This document shows positions 41,029 through 51,400 of a stretch of DNA of 64,000 bases, in pieces (position 1 is the first letter of the stretch; each line of letters begins with the position of its first letter). Origin of the DNA: Hyphomonas sp. (lineage in GTDB: Bacteria; Pseudomonadota; Alphaproteobacteria; Caulobacterales; Hyphomonadaceae); contig DAIRTA010000001.1 in NCBI GenBank assembly GCA_036804125.1, forward strand, positions 26,005 through 90,004. Reading direction: 5' to 3'. The notes below the pieces were generated by a model, which was not told the DNA's origin, ran no database searches, and was given only the letters and a program-made list of their open reading frames with translations. The translations under genes were made by a program, and so were the position numbers.

Positions 41029-42975
41029 TCAGATTTCAAGTACTGTTACGCCTGCAGCTGGAAGTCTTCGCGAGCCAATCACCGGCGTTCCCTTCAGTCG
41101 TTCGGGAAGGTCGGCGGGAGACCCGCCATAGTTCACTGCCCAGATATGATTTCCGCGCCGCCGCACACGCAATCCGTAGGGGAGCGCGATAGTATCCAAT
41201 CCTGAATCTGACGCCGCCTGCAGGATAATCCGTTCCAACAAGGCCTCATCGGGCCATCCGGCGAGATAGTGCAGGTTTCCCTCCCGAATTACGGCAGGCC
41301 GCCCATCTTTAAGCTCAAATTCGACCGTGGCCTGAGTTTCCAGATGCTCAAACCAGTCCAGGATGGCCCATCCGTCGCCTTCCAGCCTCAGGCCGGGACG
41401 CAAGGATTCGACACGCAGGACCCGCGCAGGGATCAAACTGTGCAGAGGGCCGGGTGCAAGGTCGTCCGGTACAGCATAATGCATCGTCTTGCTGCCCGCG
41501 CGTGGGCCGATAATGACTGACCCGCTGAACGAAGCGAGCCTTTCAACGAAGGTTTCGCTTGCGATTGGCAGACAGGGTATAACGAGCAGACGATATTCCT
41601 CGAGATCGGCATCCGGTGGAATGATGTCTGCATCGATTCCCAGCTTTCTCAGCGCACTATACATTTCAAACGTGCAGCGGAGAGCAGAATACCCTGCGCC
41701 ATGCGGCTGTATCTGCGTCACCCAATCAGCCTCATATGAAAACAGGATAGCAGCGGCGCGGGGCGTGCCGGCGGAAGGTTTCAGAGTACGGATGTCTTGT
41801 GCAACCTGTCTTATCTCGTCCGCTGCGGTATCCTCGCTGTCATCCGGGCGGAGGAGTCCGGTATGCATCTGTTCCTGGGCCTTCGGAAATTGACGCCAGC
41901 GGAAATAGGAAACGAGCTCGGCGCCATGGGCGAAGGCCTCATGGCTCCATAGCCGCACCATGCCGGGCAGGGGAGCCGGATTATACCGCGCCCAGTTTAC
42001 GGGTCCCGGCTGTTGTTCCATGACCCACCACCGCCCACCCTTGGTGCAACCGCGATAGAGATCATGATGAAACGCGGCAACGTCCGGATGTCCCTGGCGC
42101 GCAAAGTCATGCTTTTCTGCCGGGCTGAACCAGAACTGCTCGAGAAATCCCAGAGGGTAACTGTCCCACGAAGCCAGATCGAGATCTGCGCTCACGCGAT
42201 GATGATCGAACCCGGTATAGAACCCCATGAAATTATGCGTGATATCCCGGCCGGGAGAATGTTCCCGGATGATGTCGGCCTGCACGCGATTGAAGCTTGC
42301 GACCTGATCCGATGAGAAACGGCGGAAGTCGAGCTGATGAGCGGGGTGCGGTTCGGTCACTGTCAGGTTCGGAAGATCGATCTCGTCGAAGCTGCGATAA
42401 GTCTGGCTCCAGAATGCCGTGCCCCATGCGTCGTTCAGGGCATTCACTGACCCGTAGCGGGCCGCCAGCCAAATCCTGAAGGCCGCCCGCGCTGCGTCAG
42501 AATAACTGGCTGCGGTGTCATGGCAGCCAAATTCATTGTCCGTCTGCCATGCGACGATAGCGGGATGCTGCCCAAAACGCTGCGCAAAGGCGCGGGTTAT
42601 GCGTGCCGCTTCGGTGCGATAGCCGAGATGGCTGAAGCAGTAATGCCTGCGCGAGCCGAACCGGCGCGGGCGCCCGTCAGCATCAAGGGCGATCATGCCG
42701 GGCATGCTGTCGACAAGCCATTTTGGCGGCGTGGCCGTCGGTGTGCCGAGGATGATCTTCAGTCCCGCATCGTTCAACGTCATTATGGCCCGGTCGAGCC
42801 ACCCCCAAACCAGTTGTCCCGGTTCGGGTTCGACGCGGCTCCACGAAAACTCACCGATACGGACGTGCGTCAGGCCCATGTCACGCATGCGGCCTGCATC
42901 TCTTGCCCAGATCGTATCGGGCCAGTGTTCGGGATAATAGCAGACGCCGAGGCAAGCCCAGTTCTTCTCTGTCAT
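41029..42975 (-). CDS. Beta-galactosidase, GH42
   Basis: GVCYYPEHW, GEFSWS, GTPTATPP.W, WQTDNE (acid/base), VMEQQPG (nucleophile), YFRWR...EQMH.G. Confidence 0.95.
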   Translation of the reverse strand: MTEKNWACLGVCYYPEHWPDTIWARDAGRMRDMGLTHVRIGEFSWSRVEPEPGQLVWGWLDRAIMTLNDAGLKIILGTPTATPPKWLVDSMPGMIALDADGRPRRFGSRRHYCFSHLGYRTEAARITRAFAQRFGQHPAIVAWQTDNEFGCHDTAASYSDAARAAFRIWLAARYGSVNALNDAWGTAFWSQTYRSFDEIDLPNLTVTEPHPAHQLDFRRFSSDQVASFNRVQADIIREHSPGRDITHNFMGFYTGFDHHRVSADLDLASWDSYPLGFLEQFWFSPAEKHDFARQGHPDVAAFHHDLYRGCTKGGRWWVMEQQPGPVNWARYNPAPLPGMVRLWSHEAFAHGAELVSYFRWRQFPKAQEQMHTGLLRPDDSEDTAADEIRQVAQDIRTLKPSAGTPRAAAILFSYEADWVTQIQPHGAGYSALRCTFEMYSALRKLGIDADIIPPDADLEEYRLLVIPCLPIASETFVERLASFSGSVIIGPRAGSKTMHYAVPDDLAPGPLHSLIPARVLRVESLRPGLRLEGDGWAILDWFEHLETQATVEFELKDGRPAVIREGNLHYLAGWPDEALLERIILQAASDSGLDTIALPYGLRVRRRGNHIWAVNYGGSPADLPERLKGTPVIGSRRLPAAGVTVLEI

Positions 42976-45074
42976 TCTGACTCCAGCGCAACAAGCCAGG
43001 CGGTTTCGGGATGCGAAAGCGGCAACGCCAGCCCGGCTTGGCCCAGCGCCTTGCCGCTCAACGCAAAGCCATCACGCCAGGCGCGCTTGTTTGCAAGGAA
43101 ACGGGCGGAGGGCTCCGGCCAGGGCAGCGGAAGGGTGACGCGATACATCCTGTCAGGGTCAAGACCCGGCAGGCACACGGGATCAATGTGGTAGGTCCCG
43201 GCAGAACCCGATTGGGTCACCAGAGCAAGGGCGCGTTTGTCATTGTTTACGATCCAGCCGGTTACGTTTGGTGTGTTGTGAGGGATGTCTCTCATCACTC
43301 CATCGTGCAGCGTGTCACGCCATGATTTGTAAAGGGCAATATGCGCTTTCAATTCTGATAATTCGTCCGGTGTCATGGTTTGCGGATCGGCCTCGATGCC
43401 CATGTGACCGAACATGGCCGTCCGTGCGCGAAAATTCATTGATAGCCGCCGCCCGGTGATCGGATTGGGCGACGGTCCGACATGGCTTCCGAGTGCGGCC
43501 AGGGGCAGGAACTGTAACCAGGACTTGTTGATTCCTAGCCGGTCGATTGCATCATTATTGTCACTGGCCCAGAAACGGTGGCATCGGCGCAGGACGGCGA
43601 AATCGACGCGCCCGCCGCCGCTGGCACAAGTTTCAATGTCGAGGGTGGGATAGCGTGCCAGCAAGCTGTCGAGCAGGCCATAGAAGGCGAGCGTCTGCCT
43701 ATATGCCCGCCCTGCGCGGGGAAAGAGCTCACGGTTATGGTCCCATTTCAGGTAGGCAACAGGAGCGCTGTCCAGAAGCCTGCAAAGGCATCCGAACAAG
43801 TGTTCACGGACCGGTTCGAGTGTCAGGTCCAGGACAAGCTGGTTTCGCTGCGTTGGCCGCTCATGTCCGGGAATGTGAAGGCACCAGTCCGGATGCTCGC
43901 GATAAAGCTGGCTCTCGGGGCTGACCATTTCCGGTTCAACCCAGAGGCCGAGGTCCATGCTTAGCGTTCCCACATGGTCGGCAAGCCCGGCCAGGCCGCC
44001 CGGCAGAATGCTGCGGTCTACTTCCCAATCTCCGAGGCTTGTCCGATCATTGCGCCGGCCTGTAAACCATCCATCATCAAGAACGAAACGCTCAGCACCA
44101 AGAGCGCTAGCGGCAGCTGCCAGCGCAAAAAGGCGAGATTCGGACAGATCAAAGCCCACGGCTTCCCAGGTATTGATATGCACTTTTCGCGGCCGTCGCT
44201 GCTGCGCAGGCTCTGCAAGCAACTCCTGGTGAAATGCCTGCCTGACGCCATCACGCCCTTCAGGGCTCACAACGAAAAGGGTCTCGGGTGTCTCGTAGGC
44301 TTCGCCCGGGCCGAGAAGGATTTCACGTGTGTCAAGCCGCGGCTCGAGCATCAGGATCTGCTCGTCGTCGCTATTGTGTTCGATTGTAAGCCTTGCGTCT
44401 CCACTCCAGGCAAGATGAACCCCCAGGGCTGGCTTGTTGTGGCCAGATCCAGAACCCGTGAAAAGCGCCCAATGGGCCCCAGCGAACCCAGGCCGGCCAC
44501 CCCGTGATTCAATCTGCATACGGCCCAGCCGGACCTGCAGGGCCTGCTCCTGCATCTCACCGGCCCATCGACCCGGAAACACATGCGCCGTCTTTGCCCA
44601 TGCGGGCAAGGGCAGGCAGAGAGAGGCAAGGCGGACAATTTCAATTTCCTCTGCGCCCCGGTTCTCGAAGTGGGCGGAAGCCCTGATAACGCCGGATGGG
44701 CGTCCGGACAGGATCTGCCGAACGGTATGGTCGCCTGAAGCCGACACATACGTCAGAGCAATTCCTGTTTCCGTCTGTTTGGCGCTTGCCAGGCGGAAAG
44801 GCTCGTCCAGCGCCCCGTAGTTTTGACGCAGCTCAAATGCGGGCAGGCCGGGATAGCCTGAGCCGTCCTGAGGCAGCAGCGAGGCCGGCACGAGACGGTC
44901 CGGCTGGGATGGCCGCACGCTGCGAGCGAGCGACACGGCCAGAGCCGACATGTCTTCATCCGGATTGAGCCGGCTGCCAAAATAGACAAGCCGTGCGGAC
45001 GCATCTGTTATCTGGATGACCAGTGACACCGCACCACAGTCGAGCCTGAGAAAGTCTGGCAAAGGCTCTGTCAT
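42972..45074 (-). CDS. Alpha-galactosidase, GH36 (start uncertain: 45074, 45089 or 45131)
   Basis: N.WEA, FVLDDGWF, WVEPEMV, YLKWDHNR (nucleophile), CASGGGR, WASDN.D (acid/base). Confidence 0.95.
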   Translation of the reverse strand: MTEPLPDFLRLDCGAVSLVIQITDASARLVYFGSRLNPDEDMSALAVSLARSVRPSQPDRLVPASLLPQDGSGYPGLPAFELRQNYGALDEPFRLASAKQTETGIALTYVSASGDHTVRQILSGRPSGVIRASAHFENRGAEEIEIVRLASLCLPLPAWAKTAHVFPGRWAGEMQEQALQVRLGRMQIESRGGRPGFAGAHWALFTGSGSGHNKPALGVHLAWSGDARLTIEHNSDDEQILMLEPRLDTREILLGPGEAYETPETLFVVSPEGRDGVRQAFHQELLAEPAQQRRPRKVHINTWEAVGFDLSESRLFALAAAASALGAERFVLDDGWFTGRRNDRTSLGDWEVDRSILPGGLAGLADHVGTLSMDLGLWVEPEMVSPESQLYREHPDWCLHIPGHERPTQRNQLVLDLTLEPVREHLFGCLCRLLDSAPVAYLKWDHNRELFPRAGRAYRQTLAFYGLLDSLLARYPTLDIETCASGGGRVDFAVLRRCHRFWASDNNDAIDRLGINKSWLQFLPLAALGSHVGPSPNPITGRRLSMNFRARTAMFGHMGIEADPQTMTPDELSELKAHIALYKSWRDTLHDGVMRDIPHNTPNVTGWIVNNDKRALALVTQSGSAGTYHIDPVCLPGLDPDRMYRVTLPLPWPEPSARFLANKRAWRDGFALSGKALGQAGLALPLSHPETAWLVALESE

Positions 45075-45199
45075 CTGCGCTAAACCCATGGCGGAGCGGA
45101 CGTCTTGGCATGGCGCAGGCGGCAGGAGCAAGCCACTCCCCGATTGTGAAGTCTGATAACTTGCGTTAGCGCGGCGGCACGAGAAGGAAAGATCTGGAC

Positions 45200-46243
45200 G
45201 TGATCGACCGGTCCCATCGCCGTTTCAACCCCCTGACGGGGCGCTGGGTCCTTCTGTCGCCCCAGCGCTTGAAGCGGCCGTGGCAGGGACACGTTGAGGA
45301 CACAGGTGAGGCGCCGCTGCCAGCTTATGATCCTGGCTGTTACCTGTGTCCGGGGAACGTCCGGGCAAACGGTCACCGTAATCCCGGATATGAAGGGACT
45401 TATGTCTTTACAAACGATTTCGCGGCGCTTGAGCCAGCGGATCCGGAAGACAATAGCGGCGACAGCGAGCCGCTTTTCAGGCAGCAGGCGGCCTCCGGTA
45501 TGTGCCGCGTGGTTTGCTATTCTCCCGACCATTCCCGCACCCTGCCGCTGTTGGCAGAGGAGCAGCTCATCGGGATCGTCAAGACCTGGCGAAGTGAAAC
45601 GCAGGTGCTGTCCCAGAAACATGCCGCTGTGACGGTGTTCGAGAACAAGGGGGCGATGATGGGGTGTTCAAATCCCCATCCGCACGGCCAGATCTGGGCC
45701 AGCACACATGTGCCGGACGAGCTACTCGTCGAAGATCAGATGCAGCGTGCCTACCGGGACAGGCATGGTCAGCCGATGCTGCTGGATGTCGCGCAGCAGG
45801 AACGCGGCATCAAGGACCGGATTGTCTGTCAGACCTCTGATTGGCTCGCAATTGTGCCGTTCTGGGCGAGTTGGCCATTTGAAACGCTGATACTGCCATT
45901 GTCACCCCTCAGGCATCTGGACGAGATAACTGACTCTGCTGCTGCTACGCTGGCAGAATTGCTCCGTGACTTGATGACACGTTACGATAATCTTTTCCGG
46001 TGTTCCTTTCCCTATTCCATGGGTTGGCATGGCGCGCCATTCCTGCAGTCAGAGCGCAGTCACTGGACGCTCCATGCCCATGTCTATCCACCGCTTCTGC
46101 GCTCTGCTTCGGTCCGCAAATTCATGGTTGGCTACGAGATGCTTGCAGAGGCCCAGCGCGATCTTACGCCAGAAGCCGCGGCGGAAATGCTGAGGGCGCA
46201 GACCCCGGCTCACTACCGCTTGCAGGAATCCGGGACGATCTGA
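45200..46243 (+). CDS. galT: Galactose-1-phosphate uridylyltransferase
   Basis: HRRFNPL.G.WVL.SP.R.KRPWQG, CYLCPGN, GCSNPHPHGQ, RKFMVGYEML. Confidence 0.97.
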   Translation: MIDRSHRRFNPLTGRWVLLSPQRLKRPWQGHVEDTGEAPLPAYDPGCYLCPGNVRANGHRNPGYEGTYVFTNDFAALEPADPEDNSGDSEPLFRQQAASGMCRVVCYSPDHSRTLPLLAEEQLIGIVKTWRSETQVLSQKHAAVTVFENKGAMMGCSNPHPHGQIWASTHVPDELLVEDQMQRAYRDRHGQPMLLDVAQQERGIKDRIVCQTSDWLAIVPFWASWPFETLILPLSPLRHLDEITDSAAATLAELLRDLMTRYDNLFRCSFPYSMGWHGAPFLQSERSHWTLHAHVYPPLLRSASVRKFMVGYEMLAEAQRDLTPEAAAEMLRAQTPAHYRLQESGTI

Positions 46244-47412
46244 TGTCGAATGGCAACCGGGACAGGGCCATCAATGCTGCTGTTTCCGCATTCAGGAACA
46301 GCTTCCACTGCGAGCCGTCTGCGGTGCATTTTGCACCCGGCCGGGTAAACCTGATCGGTGAGCATACGGACTATAATGACGGCTTCGCTTTCCCGGTAGC
46401 CATAGATTCGGGAACGGCCACTGCATCGCGGCCGCAGTCCGGATCCAGCCTGGATGTGGTCGCTGCCGACTATGGCTGTGCAACCGAAAGCATCCATATT
46501 GACGGTGACATAGTTCCGGCAGCCGATGGCGGCTGGCGAAACCATGTGAGAGGGCTTGCTGCCTGTTATTGCGTTCACACCGGCCAGCTCCCCGCTGGCC
46601 AGCTGGTCATTTCCGGCAACGTGCCGCAAGGGGCAGGGCTGTCGTCCTCAGCATCGCTCGGTGTTTCGCTGGTTCTGGCGCTTGCCGGCCTGTCAGGCGT
46701 CCGGCTGAGCTCACCTGAGATCGCGCGGATCGTGCAGGAGGCTGAAAAGCGCTTTGCGGGGTGCGACTGCGGACTCATGGATCCGCTGATCTCTGCTGAA
46801 GCGCAGGAAGGGTCTGGCTTGCTGATCGATTGCCGCAGTCTTGAGTGGCAGGCAGTCCCTGTTCCCGAGACAGCGGCCATCCTGGTCGCACACTCGGGCG
46901 TGCAGCGCGGTCTGGCTGCCAGCGCGTATAATGATCGCCGGCGCGAATGCTCCCAGTCAGCCCGCGCCTTAGGCCTCGACAGTCTCCGCGAGGCAACGGC
47001 GCATGACCTGAAATCCCTGGAAAGCAAAGCCGCAGGTGTCGTCTTTCGCAGGGCGCGTCATGTGATCACAGAGAATGCACGGACTCGCGCTTTCGCAAGG
47101 GCTCTTCCATCCGGCGATCTCCGGCAATTGGGTGAACTCCTGAACGCCTCGCACGCATCATTGCGCGATGATTTCGAGGTGACCGTCCCCGCGGTCGACA
47201 GGCTGGTCGAAACTGCACAGCAGGTTATCGGGATTGAGGGCGGCGCCCGCATGACCGGCGGTGGCTTCGGCGGCTGTATCGTGGCTATGTGTCCGTCTGA
47301 TTCGGCGGAGGCGGTTTGCGAGCAGTTGAAAGCATACCTCTCAGAAACGGGTATTGGGCAACCGCTTGTATTCCGTGTCTGGCCGGGGCAGGGCGCAGCG
47401 CCGCTGCGATAG
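46243..47412 (+). CDS. galK: Galactokinase (start ATG 46243, TGATG overlap with galT)
   Basis: APGRVNLIGEHTDYN, P.GAGLSSSA, CG.MD, GARMTGGGFGG. Confidence 0.96.
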   Translation: MSNGNRDRAINAAVSAFRNSFHCEPSAVHFAPGRVNLIGEHTDYNDGFAFPVAIDSGTATASRPQSGSSLDVVAADYGCATESIHIDGDIVPAADGGWRNHVRGLAACYCVHTGQLPAGQLVISGNVPQGAGLSSSASLGVSLVLALAGLSGVRLSSPEIARIVQEAEKRFAGCDCGLMDPLISAEAQEGSGLLIDCRSLEWQAVPVPETAAILVAHSGVQRGLAASAYNDRRRECSQSARALGLDSLREATAHDLKSLESKAAGVVFRRARHVITENARTRAFARALPSGDLRQLGELLNASHASLRDDFEVTVPAVDRLVETAQQVIGIEGGARMTGGGFGGCIVAMCPSDSAEAVCEQLKAYLSETGIGQPLVFRVWPGQGAAPLR

Positions 47413-47543
47413 GTGTCCGAGAAGCGTCAGGATTTGCAGATGTTGCAGACGCTGACTGCGCAATCAGGATACATTTTTCAACCTTCTGACATCGAACCGT
47501 CGCAAAAATCCATTATCGCTGCCAGCCGTGGCAGGGAGCGGTC

Positions 47544-47894
47544 GTGGCAGCAGACACACATCTTGTTTATTCTCTGGAATTGCGGCTGATCGATCTCGAG
47601 AAGCGGATGGCAGCAATCGAAGGCGCCATCGCTGAGCTTGCAGCCGCCGGCCATGCATCAGCGCCAGCGGGCTCGGCTGATCTGCCGGCGGTAGTCATCA
47701 AGAAGATTGAGGACGGTGAGAACACGATCCGCGCCATCCGCCAGCACCGGTTGATGACCCAAAGGGAACTCGGCGACCGTTGTGGTATCCGTCCGAATCA
47801 TATCTCGGCCATCGAGCGGGGCATGCCGTACGGGCTTAAGACCGCGCGCCGTCTGGCAGACGCTCTGAAAGTGCCCGTTGACCTGCTGATCTAA
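47544..47894 (+). CDS. XRE-family HTH protein with N-terminal coiled coil
   Basis: SD GGGAG plus GTG; C-terminal GEN.IRAIR..R.MTQ..L....GI....IS.IE.G...LA.AL.V....L. Confidence 0.85.
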   Translation: MAADTHLVYSLELRLIDLEKRMAAIEGAIAELAAAGHASAPAGSADLPAVVIKKIEDGENTIRAIRQHRLMTQRELGDRCGIRPNHISAIERGMPYGLKTARRLADALKVPVDLLI

Positions 47895-47921
47895 GCCGGG
47901 TGCGGCAAGAATGGCCGCGGC

Positions 47922-48311
47922 TCAGTCGTTAGCCAGCGCCTTGAGCACCTTGGCCATCGCGTCCAGCTTGGCAACCGACTGCGTCCGGTCAATCAGCATG
48001 TGACAGCGTGCACGCGCCATTGCGACGGGATCGCGTTTGTCGAGGCCCGGCGCATTCGGATCGTCGAAGAGTTCGGCGATCGGGATGCGAAGCGTCTGTG
48101 CGACGCTGGCCAGCATTCCCGCACTCAGGCGGTTTGTACCCGTTTCATATTTCTGCAACTGCTGATGGCTGATCCCGAGTTCCGAGCCGAGCTCCGACAG
48201 GGTCATGTTCTGAGCGACGCGTAACTCCCTGATACGCTCGCCCACCATCTGATCGATGGCGGTCGGAGAGCGTGAGCCCGGCTTGCGCTTTGCGTCTATC
48301 ATGGTTTCCAC
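47922..48311 (-). CDS. XRE-family regulator, alphaproteobacterial QQxQKYE subfamily (start 48311 or 48302)
   Basis: D..VG.RIR..R, GIS.QQLQKYE.G.NR.SA..L. Confidence 0.92.
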   Translation of the reverse strand: METMIDAKRKPGSRSPTAIDQMVGERIRELRVAQNMTLSELGSELGISHQQLQKYETGTNRLSAGMLASVAQTLRIPIAELFDDPNAPGLDKRDPVAMARARCHMLIDRTQSVAKLDAMAKVLKALAND

Positions 48312-48461
48312 CCTTAGTTTTTTCTCTTTTCCATTATATTGCTTGTTAAATCCATAGGTCGGGCTTTAACAAATGTGAAAAGCAACACGCTTTTCTGCAG
48401 CATTATATACAGAGGACAAGAATGACATTTTTGTGTCAGACCCGGATGATTGCGCGGTTTG

Positions 48462-51400
48462 CTAGTAGTCGTGCTTCCAGCGGATAGAAACACGGCCTTC
48501 GCCAGTGGAGCGTGTTTCAGATGTTACCGCAACCTGTTCGCGAGGCTGCCACTCCACCCCGATCGCATTTCCCGCCTCGCCGGCCGATCGGACTTCGACA
48601 TACACATCACGCGTGAGATACTGGCCGATGCCCAGTTCCGCCCGTCCTTCATCGTCTACCCCAAAGAGCAGCCGGTCGACGCCGAGCCCGGCTTGAATCT
48701 GGCCCAGGGGATTGAGGGAGTCCCCCTGACCGCTCAGGGTGGCGATCGCTGAGGCGAGCTGGGCGGCCTCGATAGGTGTAAGGTCGAGCGCGGAGCGGCC
48801 AAACAGCAGGCGGGCCAGGACTTCATCTTGCGGCAGCTCCGGTGTGCTTGACAAGACGAACGCCGGCTGCGCCGCTGATCCTGTAACTTCAACACGTGTG
48901 CGGAAGCCGCCTGAATCCCTTTCAGCCGAAAGATTGAGTTGCGCACTTGCCAGCGGGCCGTCGAGGCTTATCCGGCCGCTGTCGAAAATGAATGGCCGCC
49001 CGGCGAGGCCGAGTTCACCGCGAACAAGAACAGCCTGTCCGTTGAAGTGTGGGTCAGCCGGGTTGCCGCGTACGCGCATGCGCACACCCCAATCCGTATC
49101 CAGGCCTCGGCCTGTGACGAAGATGCGCCGGGGCGCCGTGATCCCGACATCGAGTGTAACGGGCTTCTCAAGGAGGTTGCTGCGCCGTGTGTCAGCTTCC
49201 GCATCGTCCCATCTGACATTGAGCCTCCGGGTTCGGGACGCGGGCAGGTTCTCGAGTGAAAGGCGCGCTTCATCGATCGTGATGTTCCCGGTTACGAGCC
49301 GCCGGTCCTGCAATTCCTGAAGCTGCGCATTCCCCGATATGCGGGCGCTGTCGCCAAGCCGGTTGAATACCAGGAGACGCGACAGTGTGAGGTTGACTTG
49401 TCCGCCGTCGAGCCCGGCGCGGCCCTCGGCGCGAAGCGTGCCGCCACCGGGGCCGCTGGCCGTGCCATCAATCTGCAAGGCGTCCTCTTCCCAGCGCGTG
49501 TCGAAATTGACTTCGGTCAACTGGAAACCGGCGCGGCCGAATTCATAGAGGCCTTGCCGGACGGTGCCGGCAATCCGTGTCTGCGGCGCTGAAAGCGTGC
49601 CCGAAATAACAGCCTGGGCATCCACGATGCCGCCAATGTCATGGCCATAGGCAAGGGCCAGCGTGCGCAGCCCGTCCAGGTCGCCTGAGAGGCGCGCACC
49701 GCCGGTCAGCGCCCGCTCACTGTCGAAGGTCACGAATCCTGCTTCTTGCGCGGTAACGGGCAGGCGGGCGTCGGCCGTCAGACGCAGGTCATTTCCATAC
49801 GTAGCAATCGCCTCCATCAGGGCGGCGTCGGCGCTCAGTTGGCCAGTAAACTCGACCATGATCTCGGTATCGAGCCCCGGAACCGGTGTGCTGGCCGATA
49901 TCAGGAAATCGCCCGACGGAGACAGACCGTAGGGCCGCAGATCGCCGTTGCCGCTGAAAATCAGATTGAGGGCGGGCCTGCCCATGGCCTCGAGGAGTGG
50001 TCTGGCATCGAGCCCGCTGAACGCATACTCAAGCCGCGGCTCGCCCCGCGCGGCCTCCAGCCTTGCCTCCAGCTGACCACTCAGCAGATCGATCGCCAGA
50101 TCGAAAACCGGTGTGTCTCCCAGGCTCCAGCTCGCCGGGCGTGTCGTACGCACAGGATGGCCGAGGACCTGCCCGGTGGCGTTCAGTGAACCCGACACGC
50201 CGTTTTCCGTCGTTCGTGCACGACCGGTGATCCGCAGATCCGTTTCATGCCCCGGTGCCGAGTCAAGAATTCCGGCTGAGTATCGATAGCCATCCGCATC
50301 CGTGGCCACTTCGGCAAGAATGCGGTCGAGGTGGATTCCCGAAGTCAGGCGCACGCCATCCGCCCCAAGCCTCGAGGTAATCACGAATGGCTGCCCGGTG
50401 GGACGATCGATTATAGCATTGACCGATAGCGCCCTGAATTCGCCCGCCGGAAGGATGACGTCCCGTCCCTGACCTTCGAGTCGAAGGGCAAACGCACCAT
50501 CATCTGCAGCCTCCCCGTTTCCGGTGATGCGCAGGGGCCCCAACACACTTCTGACGTTGGCGAACTGTGTTACGCCGCCTTCTCGAAGGAGATCGAGACT
50601 GACGTTTGCCACCGTGCCATCCAGGGTCCCCGTCAGAGTGACCGGACCGGATACGCGCTCATCCTCAATGCGGATATCGGCGGCTGCGGCAAGAGCATCG
50701 ATGCGTTGCCCTGCCGCCTCTAGCCAACCGCCTTCCGTATCCGCCTGGATTCGCAGGCCGCCATTGATTGAAGACATGCGTCCCCGGAGGGCGCCGAGTG
50801 TGACGGACATATCGTCTGTCTGAATAGGCGTGATCTGGCGTGCCTCGAAACGCAGGTCAGGTCCGGCTGGCCCTGCAAGCCGCCCTGTGGCCGTAGCATC
50901 AATGCCTGCAAATCGTGCCCGGACAGGCTGCGCGATCAGGACGCCGTCTCTCAGCATGGCCCGCATCGTGATCTCGCCTTGCTGTCCGGTAAGGTCAGAG
51001 AGCGTCATCGGAAGCCCGGCAAGTTCGCGCAGGCGCAGGTTCGCCGTTATTGTGAGATCGCTGATCCGACCCTCTGCATTGAATAGCCCCTCGGCTGTCC
51101 CGGTTATATCCTGGGAGAAGGGCGACAATGGCAGCCTCAGATTGCCGGCCGCCTCTATCCGCCCGGTCTCAAGCCCGTAGCTGAATGCCCCGAAGGCTTC
51201 GCCGTCAGCGGTTGTCAGAGCGACGCGACTGAGGCGCACAAGGCCGACTCTGGGATCATAGTCACCTGCAGCATTGATCACCGGATCCATCACGAGCCGC
51301 GCGCCGAGACTGCCGCCGTGGCGAAAGACGCCGTGACCTGTCAGCTCAGCCTCGAACTGCGTGAGACGATCCGTGGATGAGATCCGGAGGGGGCCACTGA

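Noticed and set aside
45077..45172. Possible LacI-type half-sites (GCGCTAA 45077-45083, GTTAGCGC 45165-45172) in the gal divergent region
   Set aside because: Half-sites only, GC-rich and likely by chance; no LacI gene in the window.
41007..48461. Mobile-element boundaries around the gal/XRE region
   Set aside because: No integrase, transposase, tRNA or flanking direct repeats seen by eye.
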